Shown here: positions 25,966 through 37,819 of the stretch, piece by piece
Numbering within the stretch: position 1 is the first letter of the stretch
How the letters are laid out: every line of letters starts with the position of its first letter
Assembly (NCBI GenBank): GCA_002269645.1
Contig: NIVC01002949.1
Span: 1-64,000 of the forward strand
From: Macrostomum lignano
Taxonomy: Eukaryota
Length of the DNA stretch: 64,000 nt
Direction of reading: 5' to 3'
The notes under the pieces: generated by a model
Seen by the model: the letters and a program-made list of their open reading frames with translations, nothing else
Databases searched by the model: none
Told to the model about the DNA's origin: nothing
Position numbers and translations under genes: made by a program

Positions 25966-27132
25966 ACAGGTAGTAGACACATGAAGCTGCAATTATGAAT
26001 GGCGACATTTCTACTTAACTTTCAAGAATTTAACTGATGCCAAAGATTTTACTTCTTATTAATATTAGCCATATACTTTTAAATGTACTATAGCTTCAAA
26101 AAGTCTAAGAAGATAATTTAGCCTTTAGAAAGGGGCCTTTCTTAGGCTTAGTAGGCTAAGCTAATTTTGTGATAACAAAATTGAATGTTAGGATGTGTTA
26201 TGACTCGTATGAAGATCAGAGAATTAATTAATCTCAATATGTAGTGGCATAAAATTTACAGAAAGTAGAAATATTTCTGTTGTCTGTAAAATCTGTAAAA
26301 TCTATTGTCTTGTCACCACTAGCTAGAAGCTAGTGCTGCCACTTAATAAGCTAAGTAATGATAAAAGGCCTACTATTATTAATAAGGTAGGCCTAGTTGA
26401 TATTTACTATTTAGCAAAGTTTTTAAATTGGTTGGTTGCCATTTTTCTAAATAAAAATCATCAAAATCAATCATGAAGTCAATCAAAATTCAACTAGGTC
26501 TAAAGAAGGGTTTCTTAATTCAATGCAAGTCAGTATGCAAAATGCAAATTTAAATTGTCTTTCTAATGACAATGACAGCCATTTGTATTGAACTTTATAA
26601 TTGCCATGCTTGTATATAGGCCCTAAGAGTTTAAATTCTAATTATCTTATTAGCATTCTACTAGGCCTACTAAGCCTAATTGTCACTAATTATTAGGGCC
26701 TAGCCTGATATATAGCATAGGCCTAAGTTATATTTACCATCATAAATATATAAACTACTAGAGAGAAAATTATGATAATTTTTTTAAATACCCATTAACC
26801 ATATTATTCACAAGAGTACCTATATTCATTACTTTGAGTAGGCCTAATAGATGCTACTATTTCTAGTTCAGTTTGGTTTAATATAGAATCATATTAAAAA
26901 ATTTTTATATATCTTTTTCATAGTTAAATTGCTATAGGCGTAGCTGTATATATCAAAAATTACAATTCTTTGATTCTTATATTTTGCATTTTACTTCAAT
27001 TTTATAGATTCTGCAGTTGATTCTATAATAATTTACTATTCTACTGAAGATTCTGCTCCAGATTCTACAATTTATTGGGTATTCCTTTTTGTATGCTAAT
27101 ATGATTATTTTTTTGTTTCCCATTAAAATGTT

Positions 27133-28268
27133 GGCAACCGATCAAAAGGGCGACAGATGAAAAGGGCGACAGTCAAAAGGGCGACAGGGTATTAGACCAA
27201 GAACTACTTAAGTGGAAGGACGGGAAACCTCGTTTCTTAGAAAATCTTAGAATCTTAGCAATAACAATTTTTGTGCTGACAATTTGTACTTGTATGTTAG
27301 AATGGGGTTCTAATATTTAATGTACGCTCATACATTGTACATTGAAACATAGATCAGTGGGGTTTATTTATTTCATTCACTGAAATCACTATACCATATA
27401 AGTGCTGAGTGTGGTTGCCACGCCTGAATTTAAAATTCATTGCAATCTTGGAGAGAACTTGGAAAAGACAGTACAATGCATGTAAAAAGTACATGTACAA
27501 GTAAAGTGCACATGTAGGAGTAAAAGTGCACATGGACGCAGAGTACTAATTAAGGTGCATATCATGGTGTACACGTATATGTACCTGAAAATGTGTACTT
27601 TCCATAGAAAAAAAAGAAAAAATCAAACTCGACGGGGTGCGCGCGCCCTGTGCGCCCCCTTTAAATCCGCTACTGCTAGGCAGCCAGAAAAATATTTTTT
27701 TCTTTACTTCAACAGGCGGTTAGGACCAACAACGACTTAGAGAGCTGGCATCGCGCTCTAAACTACAGAGCCCAGCGAGGAAACATCCAATTCTACCTGC
27801 TCATCAAGCTCCTATTCAATGAAGCGCGAATGATCCCCGTAGAGGTGCAGCTCCTCTCCCAAGGAGTAATGCGCCGCGTACAGCGCAACAGATACCGAAG
27901 TATGCAGGCCCAGTACTTCAAATACTGGAGAGAATTCAGGCGTGGTTGCTCGGCGGATGATCTACTGAAGGCGGTTAGTGAAATAAATGGACCTCACTGA
28001 ACCACATTTTAACATTTAATAGTGTGTCCAATACGTGTCCAGCTTTTATACAACCCCATTTTAACTGCTCGTACAATTTTAACAACGCATTTTAACAAAT
28101 ACAAGTATGATACATGTTTACTGCTTTTCACAAATACTTTTAATGTACGTGGAACTCGTATTTTCAATATAAATACACTGTAACTGTCGCCCTTTTGACT
28201 GTCGCCCTTTTGACTGTCGCCCTTTTAACTGTCGCCCTTTTGATCTGTCGCCCTTTTGACCTGTAGCC
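27133..28268 (+). mobile_element. Young non-autonomous Mutator (MULE) element with 9-bp TSD
   Basis: TSD taaaatgtt at 27124-27132 and 28269-28277. Termini GGCAACCGATCAAAAGGGCGACAG and the reverse complement GGCTACAGGTCAAAAGGGCGACAG, with inverted subterminal aaaagggcgacag repeats. The interior at 27722-28000 encodes the transposase C-terminus RTNNDLESWHRALN..QRNRYRSMQAQYFKYWREF..DDLLKAVS. Confidence 0.9.
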
Positions 28269-28639
28269 TAAAATGTTAAAGTCTATAAGCCATATTAATA
28301 TTTGTAAAAACTTGGAATTCAAAATTCACCAAGTTTTAGTCTTGCTAAGGCCAATATACTGTTTGAATGATTTTTATATTTCTTTTAGATCTTCTTAGGT
28401 AAAATAACAACTGGGTTAAGAAAAGGTTCATAGCTTATCAAATTCAAGTTAGACAATGTAAAGAGAAGTTGCTAATTGTAAAATTATTGTTATAGGTTAT
28501 AATACGAGCTATTTGTTAGGTTATAGTATTTGGGCTAGCTAATTAAAATGTAAAGTTAAAATACATTGTACGTCAAACGTTAAAAGTAGAAAGATTTTAA
28601 GTTAGTGTAAGTTAAAGTAAAACAGCCTTGTTACAACAT

Positions 28640-29640
28640 TGCAGATCAGTTGCAATAAGACAACTAGCCTAAATAGCTATCTATATAGCTTTTAATGTAG
28701 CAGAATGACATCTGCCACCTTGATTTAAATGTGGTATTAGTAAAGGTACAAGGCTATAAAGCCCTAGTAGGGTTATGCTCTGCTAGGATGCCAATTAGAG
28801 AAAATTAATATATGCAGTAATAAGTCTCTTCAATCTTAAGTGCCAACCTTTAACAACATTGTTCATCCTGTCAATAAGCAGGTACTGAGAAAGACTAAAC
28901 ACTTTACAGATAGAATATAGCAATCATGTTGAATTGTTATAGTTGTATAGGTCTATATGCACTATATGCACTATGCACTATAGTTATATAGTGCATATGA
29001 TGTTATCAATGGCCACAGGCCTTCCAATGAGCTTTAATTTTGCCAGCTGACAAATAAGGCAAGGCCATTAGCTAGCTGCACAAAGTGTGCATCTAGGTCT
29101 ATATGTTGCATATGCTAGGATAAAAGGCAAATTCTGCAATAAACTGCTTGGCTATAATAAAAGATGTAGCCATTTAGTTCCACATTTAGGAAGACTCCCA
29201 AGGTGCCTATCAGGCTGCAAGTTTAAAGTCTAACATTGCATGTATGATAGCAGCTTCAATAAGCATGCAATGAAGAGCAGTAGATATAGCCACATAACCA
29301 GCTACTGTGTGTTTAGACATTATTACCTAAGCAAATGCATAGATCTATCTTGTTCCACCAGATTTAACTGTACCATGTGTTGCTATATAATTGTACAAAT
29401 GGTTCCTTAACTATACTGAATATCCTATCAAGAAACCAGTCCATGTAGTATAATAGTGCATTCAGCTACTCAGGACTTGACAGCACAATGTGCTTCTTCC
29501 TTTGTCTGTGCAACTGCCATATCTGCATGCAGAAAAGGTTGAGGGATATAATTGAAAGCTAAGGTTGAGAGCTATAATGCAAGTGTTGCTGGGTGCTCAT
29601 GCTGTTGCCTTTGCTTTTATCAAAGCCTATTTGCATGATA
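28640..29640 (-). pseudogene. Heavily mutated MULE transposase relic
   Basis: Minus-strand frames give, in the correct order, FLHADMAV..WFLDRIFSIVKEPFVQLYS..HGTVKSG..VIMSKHT..MLDFKLAA..GVFLNVELNGYIFYYSQAVY..LMALPYLSAGKI..RMNNVVKGWH. These correspond to the MULE motifs DGTF, DFE, GCxFH, LMALPYLP and RTNNxVEGWH. Many stops and frameshifts. Confidence 0.8.
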
Positions 29641-30263
29641 TGCTAACTAGTCTAAGTTTGGAGGCAAGTATATTTAGAGCTTAAGTTCAAATTAGCTTAA
29701 GAAGCAAAAAAGAATAAGAATCAAGTTGAAAATAGGGAAAAATAAGTTACATTTTTTAGTCCAAACTAAGTCATAATCCTAGTGTAATTTCAACTAAAAC
29801 ACAAAAGCTGTTTGTATTTGCAGTAACTTCACTTTTATACTATTAGTTGAAAGGGGGATTTTAGTTACTAATAAAGTAGCAACTGCACAGTGTGAATCGA
29901 ACATACATGTGCAACCTCCCTGGTTTACACTGGCTTCTGTGCAACTTACTTTTTGATAAAAATGAGACTTGCCTATGAAAGACACCTAAGCAAAATTACC
30001 GGTTTTCGGGTAAATGACAGGAGTAACTATAGATGTACTATCTAGGCTAAATACCTCGTCATGTAATTAGTACCACGTCTGTATTTATTCTGGTAAGCAT
30101 TTTTGCGACTTACCTTTAATCTTCATTTCAATGAAACTACCAACGACAATTTGCTGTCATCCCCGCTTATTGAATCTGTTTAAGCTGGACTGCTCTACTA
30201 AATCAAAGTCCTATCTGCTAGCATAGTAATTGCTAATTGAAAGATTAACAAATCAATCTAAGC

Positions 30264-33200
30264 ATGACGCGCAGCCGTAAGCGAGCAATTAGCGAGACTG
30301 AAAACAACAACAATGCCTCCATGGCCGACAGCGGCGCTGGTGGCCCAGCCCGTAAAACTGCCCGCGCTGACACTGCCGCGGCTGCTGGCGCCTCATCGTC
30401 AGGCGCTGACTCGGCTGCTGTTGATAAAGTGCGACTGCACTTTAATAGTACGCCTGGTCAAGTGCTGACGCTGGGCGAGGGCGACACTGGCCAGCTTGGC
30501 CTGGGTGACGAAGTGCTGGGTAGAAAGCGGCCGGCCAAGGTTGACGGGCTCTCCAATGTTGTACAGGTGAGCCTTTTTCTAGCTTGAATTCAAGTAGCTC
30601 AAGGTTGAGTTGACAGGTGAGCATGATTTACAGGAGAATGACATTTATAAATTGTTTATCGAGTGAAGTGCAATTATTAGGGTTGAGAAGTGAAAGCATT
30701 TTCTGATGAGTGGAACATCATTATCGGGTGATATTGAAATGATTATTAGGTGAGTGAAATTATTATCGGGTCAGAGTGAAATGATTATCAGGTGAGAGTG
30801 AAATGATTATCGAGTGAGAGTAAAATGATTATCAGGTGAGAGTGAAATGATTATCGGGTGAGAGTAAAATGATTATCAGGTGAGAGTGAAATGATTATCG
30901 GGTGAGAGTAAAATGATTATCGGGTGAGAGTAAAATGATTATCAGGTGAGAGTGAAATGATTATCGGGTGAGAGTAAAATGATTATCAGGTGAGAGTGAA
31001 ATGATTATCGGGTGAGAGTAAAATGATTATCAGGTGAGAGTGAAATTATTATCGAGTGAGAGTAAAATGATTATCGGGTCAGAGTGAAATGATTATCGGG
31101 TGAGAGTAAAATGATTTTCGGCTGAGATTAAATTGATTATCGGGTGGGAGATTAGAGGGAAATAATTAGTGGGCGAGAGTGATGAGGCCAGAGGTTGGAA
31201 TGTATGCTTTGAGCTCCAACTCCAATCCCACAGGCAGTGGCAGGCGGCATGCACACGGTCTGTCTAACAGCCGACGGTGTTGTGTACACATTTGGCTGCA
31301 ATGACGAACAAGCGCTTGGCCGATCCACCAGCGAAGACGGCAGCGAATACCTGCCCGGCCAGGTTGGAGAGGGCCTGCCGGACCCGGCCGAGGATCCGGT
31401 GGTGCACATCTCGGCTGGGGACAGCCACACCGCGGCAGTGACCCGCACCGGCCGGCTGTACCTGTGGGGCACCTTCAGGGATAGCAACGGCATTATTGGT
31501 AATGTTGGAAATCGGGGCGCTGCTGCACATTGAGATCTGTTCAAATCCAGAGTGCTACCCCTATACCCTGTTGGGCCAGAGTGCTACCCCTATACCCTGT
31601 TAGGCCAGAGTGCTACCCTTATACCCTGTGAGGCCAGGGTGGTACCCCTATACCCTGTTGGGCCAGAGTGCTACCCTTATACCCTGTTAGCCCAGAGTGC
31701 TACCCCTATACTCTGTGAGGCCAGGGTTGTTGTGGACAAGTTCTGCTATTTGTACGCTTTGTACAAGTGCGAATTCACATGTGCTTATGCTACGCTTGTA
31801 TGCAGCTGGGAAGCTGTCTATGGTGCTGACGGCGCCTTGGGTACAGGCCCTCGGATGTGATCTGAGGCAAACAGCCCATAGGAAATAAAAGGAATAAGAA
31901 ATAGCCAGAACTAAGGCTACAAGCAGACCAAAATCGGCTGCATTTTATTTTCTATCAAACCTCCGCCTTTTATTTGTTGGTTAAAGACACAACAAGGGTG
32001 GTACCCTTATACCCTGTTAGCCCAGAGTGCTACCCTTATACCCTGTGAGGCCGGGGTGGTGCCTCTCTCTCAGGCCTTAACCTTCAGTAAATTATCCCCC
32101 TCTCAATACTGAGCTCTCGAACTGAGCGACACTCCTAAAAATAAAGCAACCTGCTCCACCACTCCGCCATGCCCTCCAGGCCTGACCCGCGCCAAGGAGG
32201 TGTCCGCCCGACCAATTCAATTGGAATTTCCCGAGCCCGGCGTCCGAGTGGCCAAGACCGCCTCCGGCGCCTGCCATGTTGTCTGCCTGACCAGAGACGG
32301 CCGCGTGTTCACCCTGGGCTGCGGCGAGCAGGGCCAGCTCGGCCGGGTGAACGAACGCCTGGCCGGCGCTCACGGCGGCCGCAATGGTATGCAACTGTTT
32401 CTGGGGCCGCGCGAAGTTCGAATCCGCGGCTCGCCTTATTTCACAGACGTCTGGGCCGGGGCCTACGTCAGCTTCGCCAAGTCGGCTAAGAAAGGCGCCA
32501 TCTACGCCTGGGGACTCAACAATTATTACCAGCTGGGCACGGGCGATTTGGAGAACAAATTCTTTCCTGCGTTGGCTACCGAGTTCTCTGGTAAGCTTAT
32601 GTTAGTGTATTTTGTATGACTAATTAGCTGACGAGGTATTATAATATTCATAAAGAATTGTCATACTCATAAACCAAAAATTGCCCATAAACCACCCCAG
32701 AATCACCCATAAACCACCCCAGAATCGCCCATAAACCACCCCAGAATCGCCCATAAACCACCCCAGAATCGCCCATAAACCACCCCAGAATCACCCATAA
32801 ACCACCCCAGAATCGCCCATAAACCACCCCAGAATCACCCATAAACCACCCAGAATCGCCCATAAACCACCCCAGAATCACCCATAAACCACTCCAGAAT
32901 CACCCATAAACCACCCAGAATCACCCATAAACCACCCAGAATCACCCATAAACCACTCCAGAATCACCCATAAACCACCCCAGAATCACCCATAAACCAC
33001 CCCAGAATCGCCCATAAACCACTCCAGAATCACCCATAAACCACCCTCAGAATGGCCCACGAGGAAAAAAATTTACACTACAGAGATGGTACTTCATTAA
33101 TTTCTTATTAGATTTATTCATATTAGACTTAATTTCGTATATTGGATTTCAGATAGTATACATTTTGCAAAGGTGTTGGGGCCCCTTGACGCAACGCCTT

Positions 33201-34347
33201 CTTCGACATTCGATTTTGTTATCCATCCTCTGCAGGCAAGCAGTGGCGAGAGGTGAGCACCGGCCAACACCACACCGTGGCCCTGGACGAGGCCGGCCAA
33301 GTGTACTCAATTGGCCGGGGCGAGTACGGCCGGCTTGGCCGCGGACCCGACCGCCAGGAGTCCAGCGGCCGGCTGGAACCGATTGGCGGAGTTTTGGCTT
33401 CGCTGGCTTGCCGTCAGGTCAGCTGCGCCACCGCCTGCAGTTTCTGCGTTGCGGAGACTGACGGCTCGGCCTACGCCTGGGGCATGGGCAGCAACAAGCA
33501 GCTCGGCCATGGCGACGAAGACGAAGACGCCTTCCTGCCGGGCAGGATTGAAGGCAAACAGTTGGAGGGAGTCCGGGTGCTGTCTGTTAGCGGCGGCGGG
33601 CAGCACACCGTAATGCTGGTGGCACCGAGAGCGGCCAAGGTTGATGCACCTGCTGGCGCAGTATCTGCTGCGGCGTCTGCTTCTGCTGGGGATGATGCTA
33701 CAAGACCATCTGCTCCGTCTACGGCTTCCGGTGTAGTTTCCGCAACACCGACTGTAGCTATCACTGCGCCTGCTGCAGTTTCTGCTACACCGACTGCAGT
33801 TTCTGCTGCACCGGCTGCAGTTTCTGCTACACCGGCTGCAGTTTCTGCTGCACCAGCTGCAGTTTCTGCTGCACCGGCTGCAGTTTCTGCTACACCGGCT
33901 GCAGTTTCTGCTGCACCGGCTGCAGTTTCTGCTGCACCGGCTGGAGTTTCTGCTGCACCGGCTGCAGTTTCTGCTACACCAGCTGCAGTTTCTGCTACAC
34001 CAGCTGCAGTTTCTACTGCACCAGCTGCAGTTTCTGCTACACCAGCTGCAGTTTCTACTGCACCAGCTGCAGTTTCTGCTACACCAGCTGCAGTTTATAC
34101 TGCACCAGCTGCAGTTTCTGCTGCACCGGCTGCACCTTCCGCCGCAACTGCTTTAGCCTCCGCTGTGCCTGCTATAGCCTCCGCTGTAACCGCTGTAGCT
34201 TCCGCTGCTCCGGCTGTAGTTTCCGCAGCGCCTTCAGCAGCTTCGGGTGTTCTATCTTCAGCTCCCGCCACAGACGCGTCTGTTGCTGCTTCTTCAGCGG
34301 AGGAATCTTCGGCCACTCCGGCCTCCGATGCGCGCTCGGGAAACTGA
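30264..34347 (+). CDS. RCC1: Regulator of chromosome condensation 1 (Ran GEF) with Ala-rich C-terminal extension
   Basis: Exons 30264-30566, 31234-31498, 32180-32590 and 33236-34347, all phase-compatible. RCC1 repeats include [76 protein letters not shown] and SVSGGGQHT. The N-terminal tail is basic. Confidence 0.92.
30715..31150. repeat. Intronic minisatellite, 22 bp unit (gagtgaaatgattatcaggtga)
   Basis: Tandem copies in RCC1 intron 1. Confidence 0.95.
31545..32060. repeat. ~29 bp repeat (gccagagtgctacccctataccctgttgg) in two clusters
   Basis: Copies at about 31545-31720 and 31995-32060 in RCC1 intron 2. Confidence 0.85.
32685..33058. repeat. Intronic minisatellite, 21-22 bp unit (cccataaaccaccccagaatca)
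   Basis: Tandem copies in RCC1 intron 3. Confidence 0.95.
33770..34130 (+). repeat. Coding 21-bp tandem repeat ([14 protein letters not shown])
   Basis: In-frame heptapeptide repeat inside the last RCC1 exon. Confidence 0.9.
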
Positions 34348-34587
34348 GAAATTGTTCCAACGATTTTTCCAATTAACTACCGATCTATTATTGACTGTCA
34401 ATTGTCCTATAAATAGTGTTCGTATAATCAATATGATGCAGTCAATCGTATTGCAACCAATGCTTGCACTTTCAGCATTCGTGCAAATATGTGCTTTTGT
34501 TTTTAACTAAGTCGTTAATTTAACCATATGCGTACCTTGCTAACTTGTTTAGCGGTCTGAGTTTATTGTTTTTTGGTTATCTTTGAA

Positions 34588-34905
34588 CCGGGGTTAGTGG
34601 TGACCCAGTGAATGGTTGAATTGGGGTTAGCGGTGACCCAGTGAATGGTTGAATTGGGGTTAGCGGTGACCCAGTGAATGGTTGAATTGGGGTTAGCGGT
34701 GACCCAGTGAATGGTTGAATTGGGGTTAGCGGTGACCCAGTGAATGGTTGAATTGGGGTTAGCGGTGACCCAGTGAATGGTTGAATTGGGGTTAGCGGTG
34801 ACCCAGTGAATGGTTGAATTGGGGTTAACGGTGACCCAGTGAATGGTTGAATTGGGGTTAGCGGTGACCCAGTGAATGGTTGAATTGGGGTTAACGGTGA
34901 CCAAG
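34588..34905. repeat. Minisatellite, 33 bp unit (cagtgaatggttgaattggggttagcggtgacc)
   Basis: About 9 tandem copies downstream of RCC1. Confidence 0.95.
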
Positions 34906-36246
34906 TGGAATTCCCCAGGGCATCTTTGCTCATTGCTCTGATTTCCAATCGTTGATTTCATTAACAAAATCAAGCCGTAATTTAAAATTCTAAATTTTTG
35001 ACTATCTTCTAATCCTGCTTAAGTTTTTGGTGATTTTGCAATCATATTTCATAATTTCGCATCTTAGCTATTAGATTGCAGTGTTTAGTTTTGTTTAATT
35101 CGTGTTGAGCCTTTTACAATTCTTTAAAATATGAATTGTCATATTGATAAATATTAAATCTGTTTTCAGCGTGGCGTCCTGTAGTGCTTCAGCCTCATTA
35201 CCGCACTAATTGGTTGTCAAATTAAACTTGACAATTTATTATATTTATTAACTTATTAAACTTGCAGCGGGTGCCGCTTTGGCTTTTTGGTGCTTATCAA
35301 AGTCGCGTAAATAAAGTTACTTTTAACTGTCTCAGCAGCTCATGTCAACTTTAACTTCTGTAATGGATTAGCAAAGAAAACTGAGCATCGGTGCCTTTCA
35401 ACATTGTTTTCTGCTTTTTTTCATCTGACCGAGACACATCTGAGAGAAATCGAGTTTCATTTTCGTAGCTTCTTGTGTTTGTGCGGCCCCGATAGAAAAA
35501 AGATCACTTACAAACTCAAAAGTTTGCACAGTTTAAGGACTGCTATAATAATACTTGCTCTCGGCAATCTAAGCGAGATTGTACGCTTGTAATTGCGAAC
35601 TGAAAGAGAGATATTGGCACTTGTAGAAGATATGAAGACCCGAGCAGCAGAAACTCTGTCCCCCCCTCCTCCTGTCCAATAGCGCTGGCCTGGCTGACTT
35701 TCTATTATTGCTTTGCCAAAGTGTACAGCGCACCCGCCCCCAATCTGGCTCTGTACTTTTGGTTCAGGCTTGGCCAAACAAAAACGAATGGCTGTGGGCG
35801 TTCAGGCGCGTGTCTTCATTGCTTCTTTTGGTCGCATTGGGGTTAGAGAATGCAGTGCTCAGCGAGACGGCTATGAGCACAGGGCAGCGGGGGTGGCGGG
35901 TGTTGAATCGCTACTCGCTTTCCCATTGGCTGTGCGGTGCACACCTGACACCTCGCTACGTGCACTTAACTCTCTAGCCCGGCCCTGTCCCCCCACTAAT
36001 TCTCCTTCTCTACGCCCGCCCTGCTCAGCAGGCCCTTGCCATACGGAAGAGGTCTAGAGCAGAGCTACATAGAGGCAGCAAGCACATTAGCGACTGCCAG
36101 AAGCAAAGCTTACAGGCCGCAGGTCACCATAGAGGTCTCTTGTTGCAGCAGAATTTTTCTCAGCCAGGAGGAACAAGCGTCTTTTGACTGAGGCACCGCG
36201 AGCTGCTCACTGACAGCAAAGCGCCTGTCTGTCACGGGCTGTCGTC

Positions 36247-36953
36247 ATGTCTGTCGCCGACAATCCGCAGCTAGCCCTGTTCCGCTCGGTTGCCAAGGGC
36301 GACTGCGCCTCGGTGCTCGAGCTGATCCGCCAGGGCATACCGGTGAACTGCAAAGACGAGGCCAACTTCAATTTGACGCCGCTAATCCGGGCCGCCTGGT
36401 CGGACAATGAAGACATGATCCGGCTGCTCATCGTCCACGGCGCCGCTCTGAACGACTGCGAGAACCAGACCGGCGCCACGGCGCTGCACATCGCCGCCCA
36501 GCAAAACAACCAGCGCGTGGCCAAGTCGCTCATTGAAGCGCAGGCTCACGTCGACGCTGTAGACAAGAATCAGCAGACTCCCCTGATGGCCTGCGCCGCC
36601 CTGAGCCATCTGGAGATCGGCAAGGAGCTGCTCAAGGCCGGAGCTGACACCGACATGCAGCAGAAGAAAGGATTCACAGCGTTGCACTTCTGCGTCGAGC
36701 ACAACCATCTGGAATTCGCCAGGCTGCTGGTGGAGTTCGACGCCAAGCTGGACGTGGCTACAAAGCCGGAGGCCGACAGGCACACGCCGTTCACCATGGC
36801 GGCTCTGATGGGCCAACTGGAGCTGCTGCAGCTGCTGTCGAACGCCGGGGCCGACATTCACATGCGCTGCAGCCGGGGCAACGCGTTGGAGCTGGCCAGG
36901 CAGAGCGGCGTGCAGGAGGCGGTCGCCTTCCTTGACGTTCTCTACAAGCAGAG
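36247..36953 (+). CDS. Ankyrin repeat exon
   Basis: ORF 36247-36957 with repeated TPL/TALH ankyrin motifs. Its TGA lies inside a GTGAGG donor site. Confidence 0.9.
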
Positions 36954-37777
36954 GTGAGGCGGATGGCTCACCACTTTCACTGGTTGCTAAAGTAGGTGGT
37001 AATTTAAGCCACGAGGGCCAACCCTCAAGGCACAGAGGCACAGAGAGCCTGACGATTAGAAAGACATGGCCGCTGTACATCCTGTGTGAGTGTGTGTATG
37101 AGAGCGTGCCTGTACTCAGTGACGCAGGACTCAGAGCAACCCCTGGCATCAAGACTTCGAGAAACCTCATTCATCAATAAGTTTGACCAGTTTGCTAAAA
37201 ATTTACCGAAATGCCAATCGAATTGTTTGCGTGACAAAAACTTTTGGATTGGTATTTACACGAGTACAATGTTGCTACATTATGCTACTCTCGCCAGGCA
37301 CATCGAGGAGAGCACGATGAGCATCCCGCGGCAATTGGATCGGCCGCAGCAGCAGTCGGAGTCGGACACCGAGACTTCCGAGACCGAGACGGAGACCTCC
37401 GAGGACGACACGGATGGCGAGACGGCAGCGGCAGGCCAATCTGGCGCCATCCACAGCTCCGCCCAGCTCAGGGTGCCGGCCCGGGGTCAGCCGGTGCACC
37501 GGGTCCAGTCAGACCGTCGCCTGGCGCCCTCTGACCAGGCCGAGGAGCATCGGACAGGCCGCAGCCGAACTCCGGAGAATCGCTGGCAGCAGCGCCAGCA
37601 GCAGGGAGCCGCCGCCGTGGCCGCCGTAGCCGCTGCAGCTGAACAGCAGCATCAGCAGCCTCTCGGCCACCGCCGCCAGATCAGCGCCGGCGGCTCCCCG
37701 GCGCCGTCCGCTCGCACTCCTGCGCGACGGCACAGGGAGCATCCGGCTGATCAGGTGCGCAACCTCCGCCTGGATGC

Positions 37778-37819
<42 letters not shown>

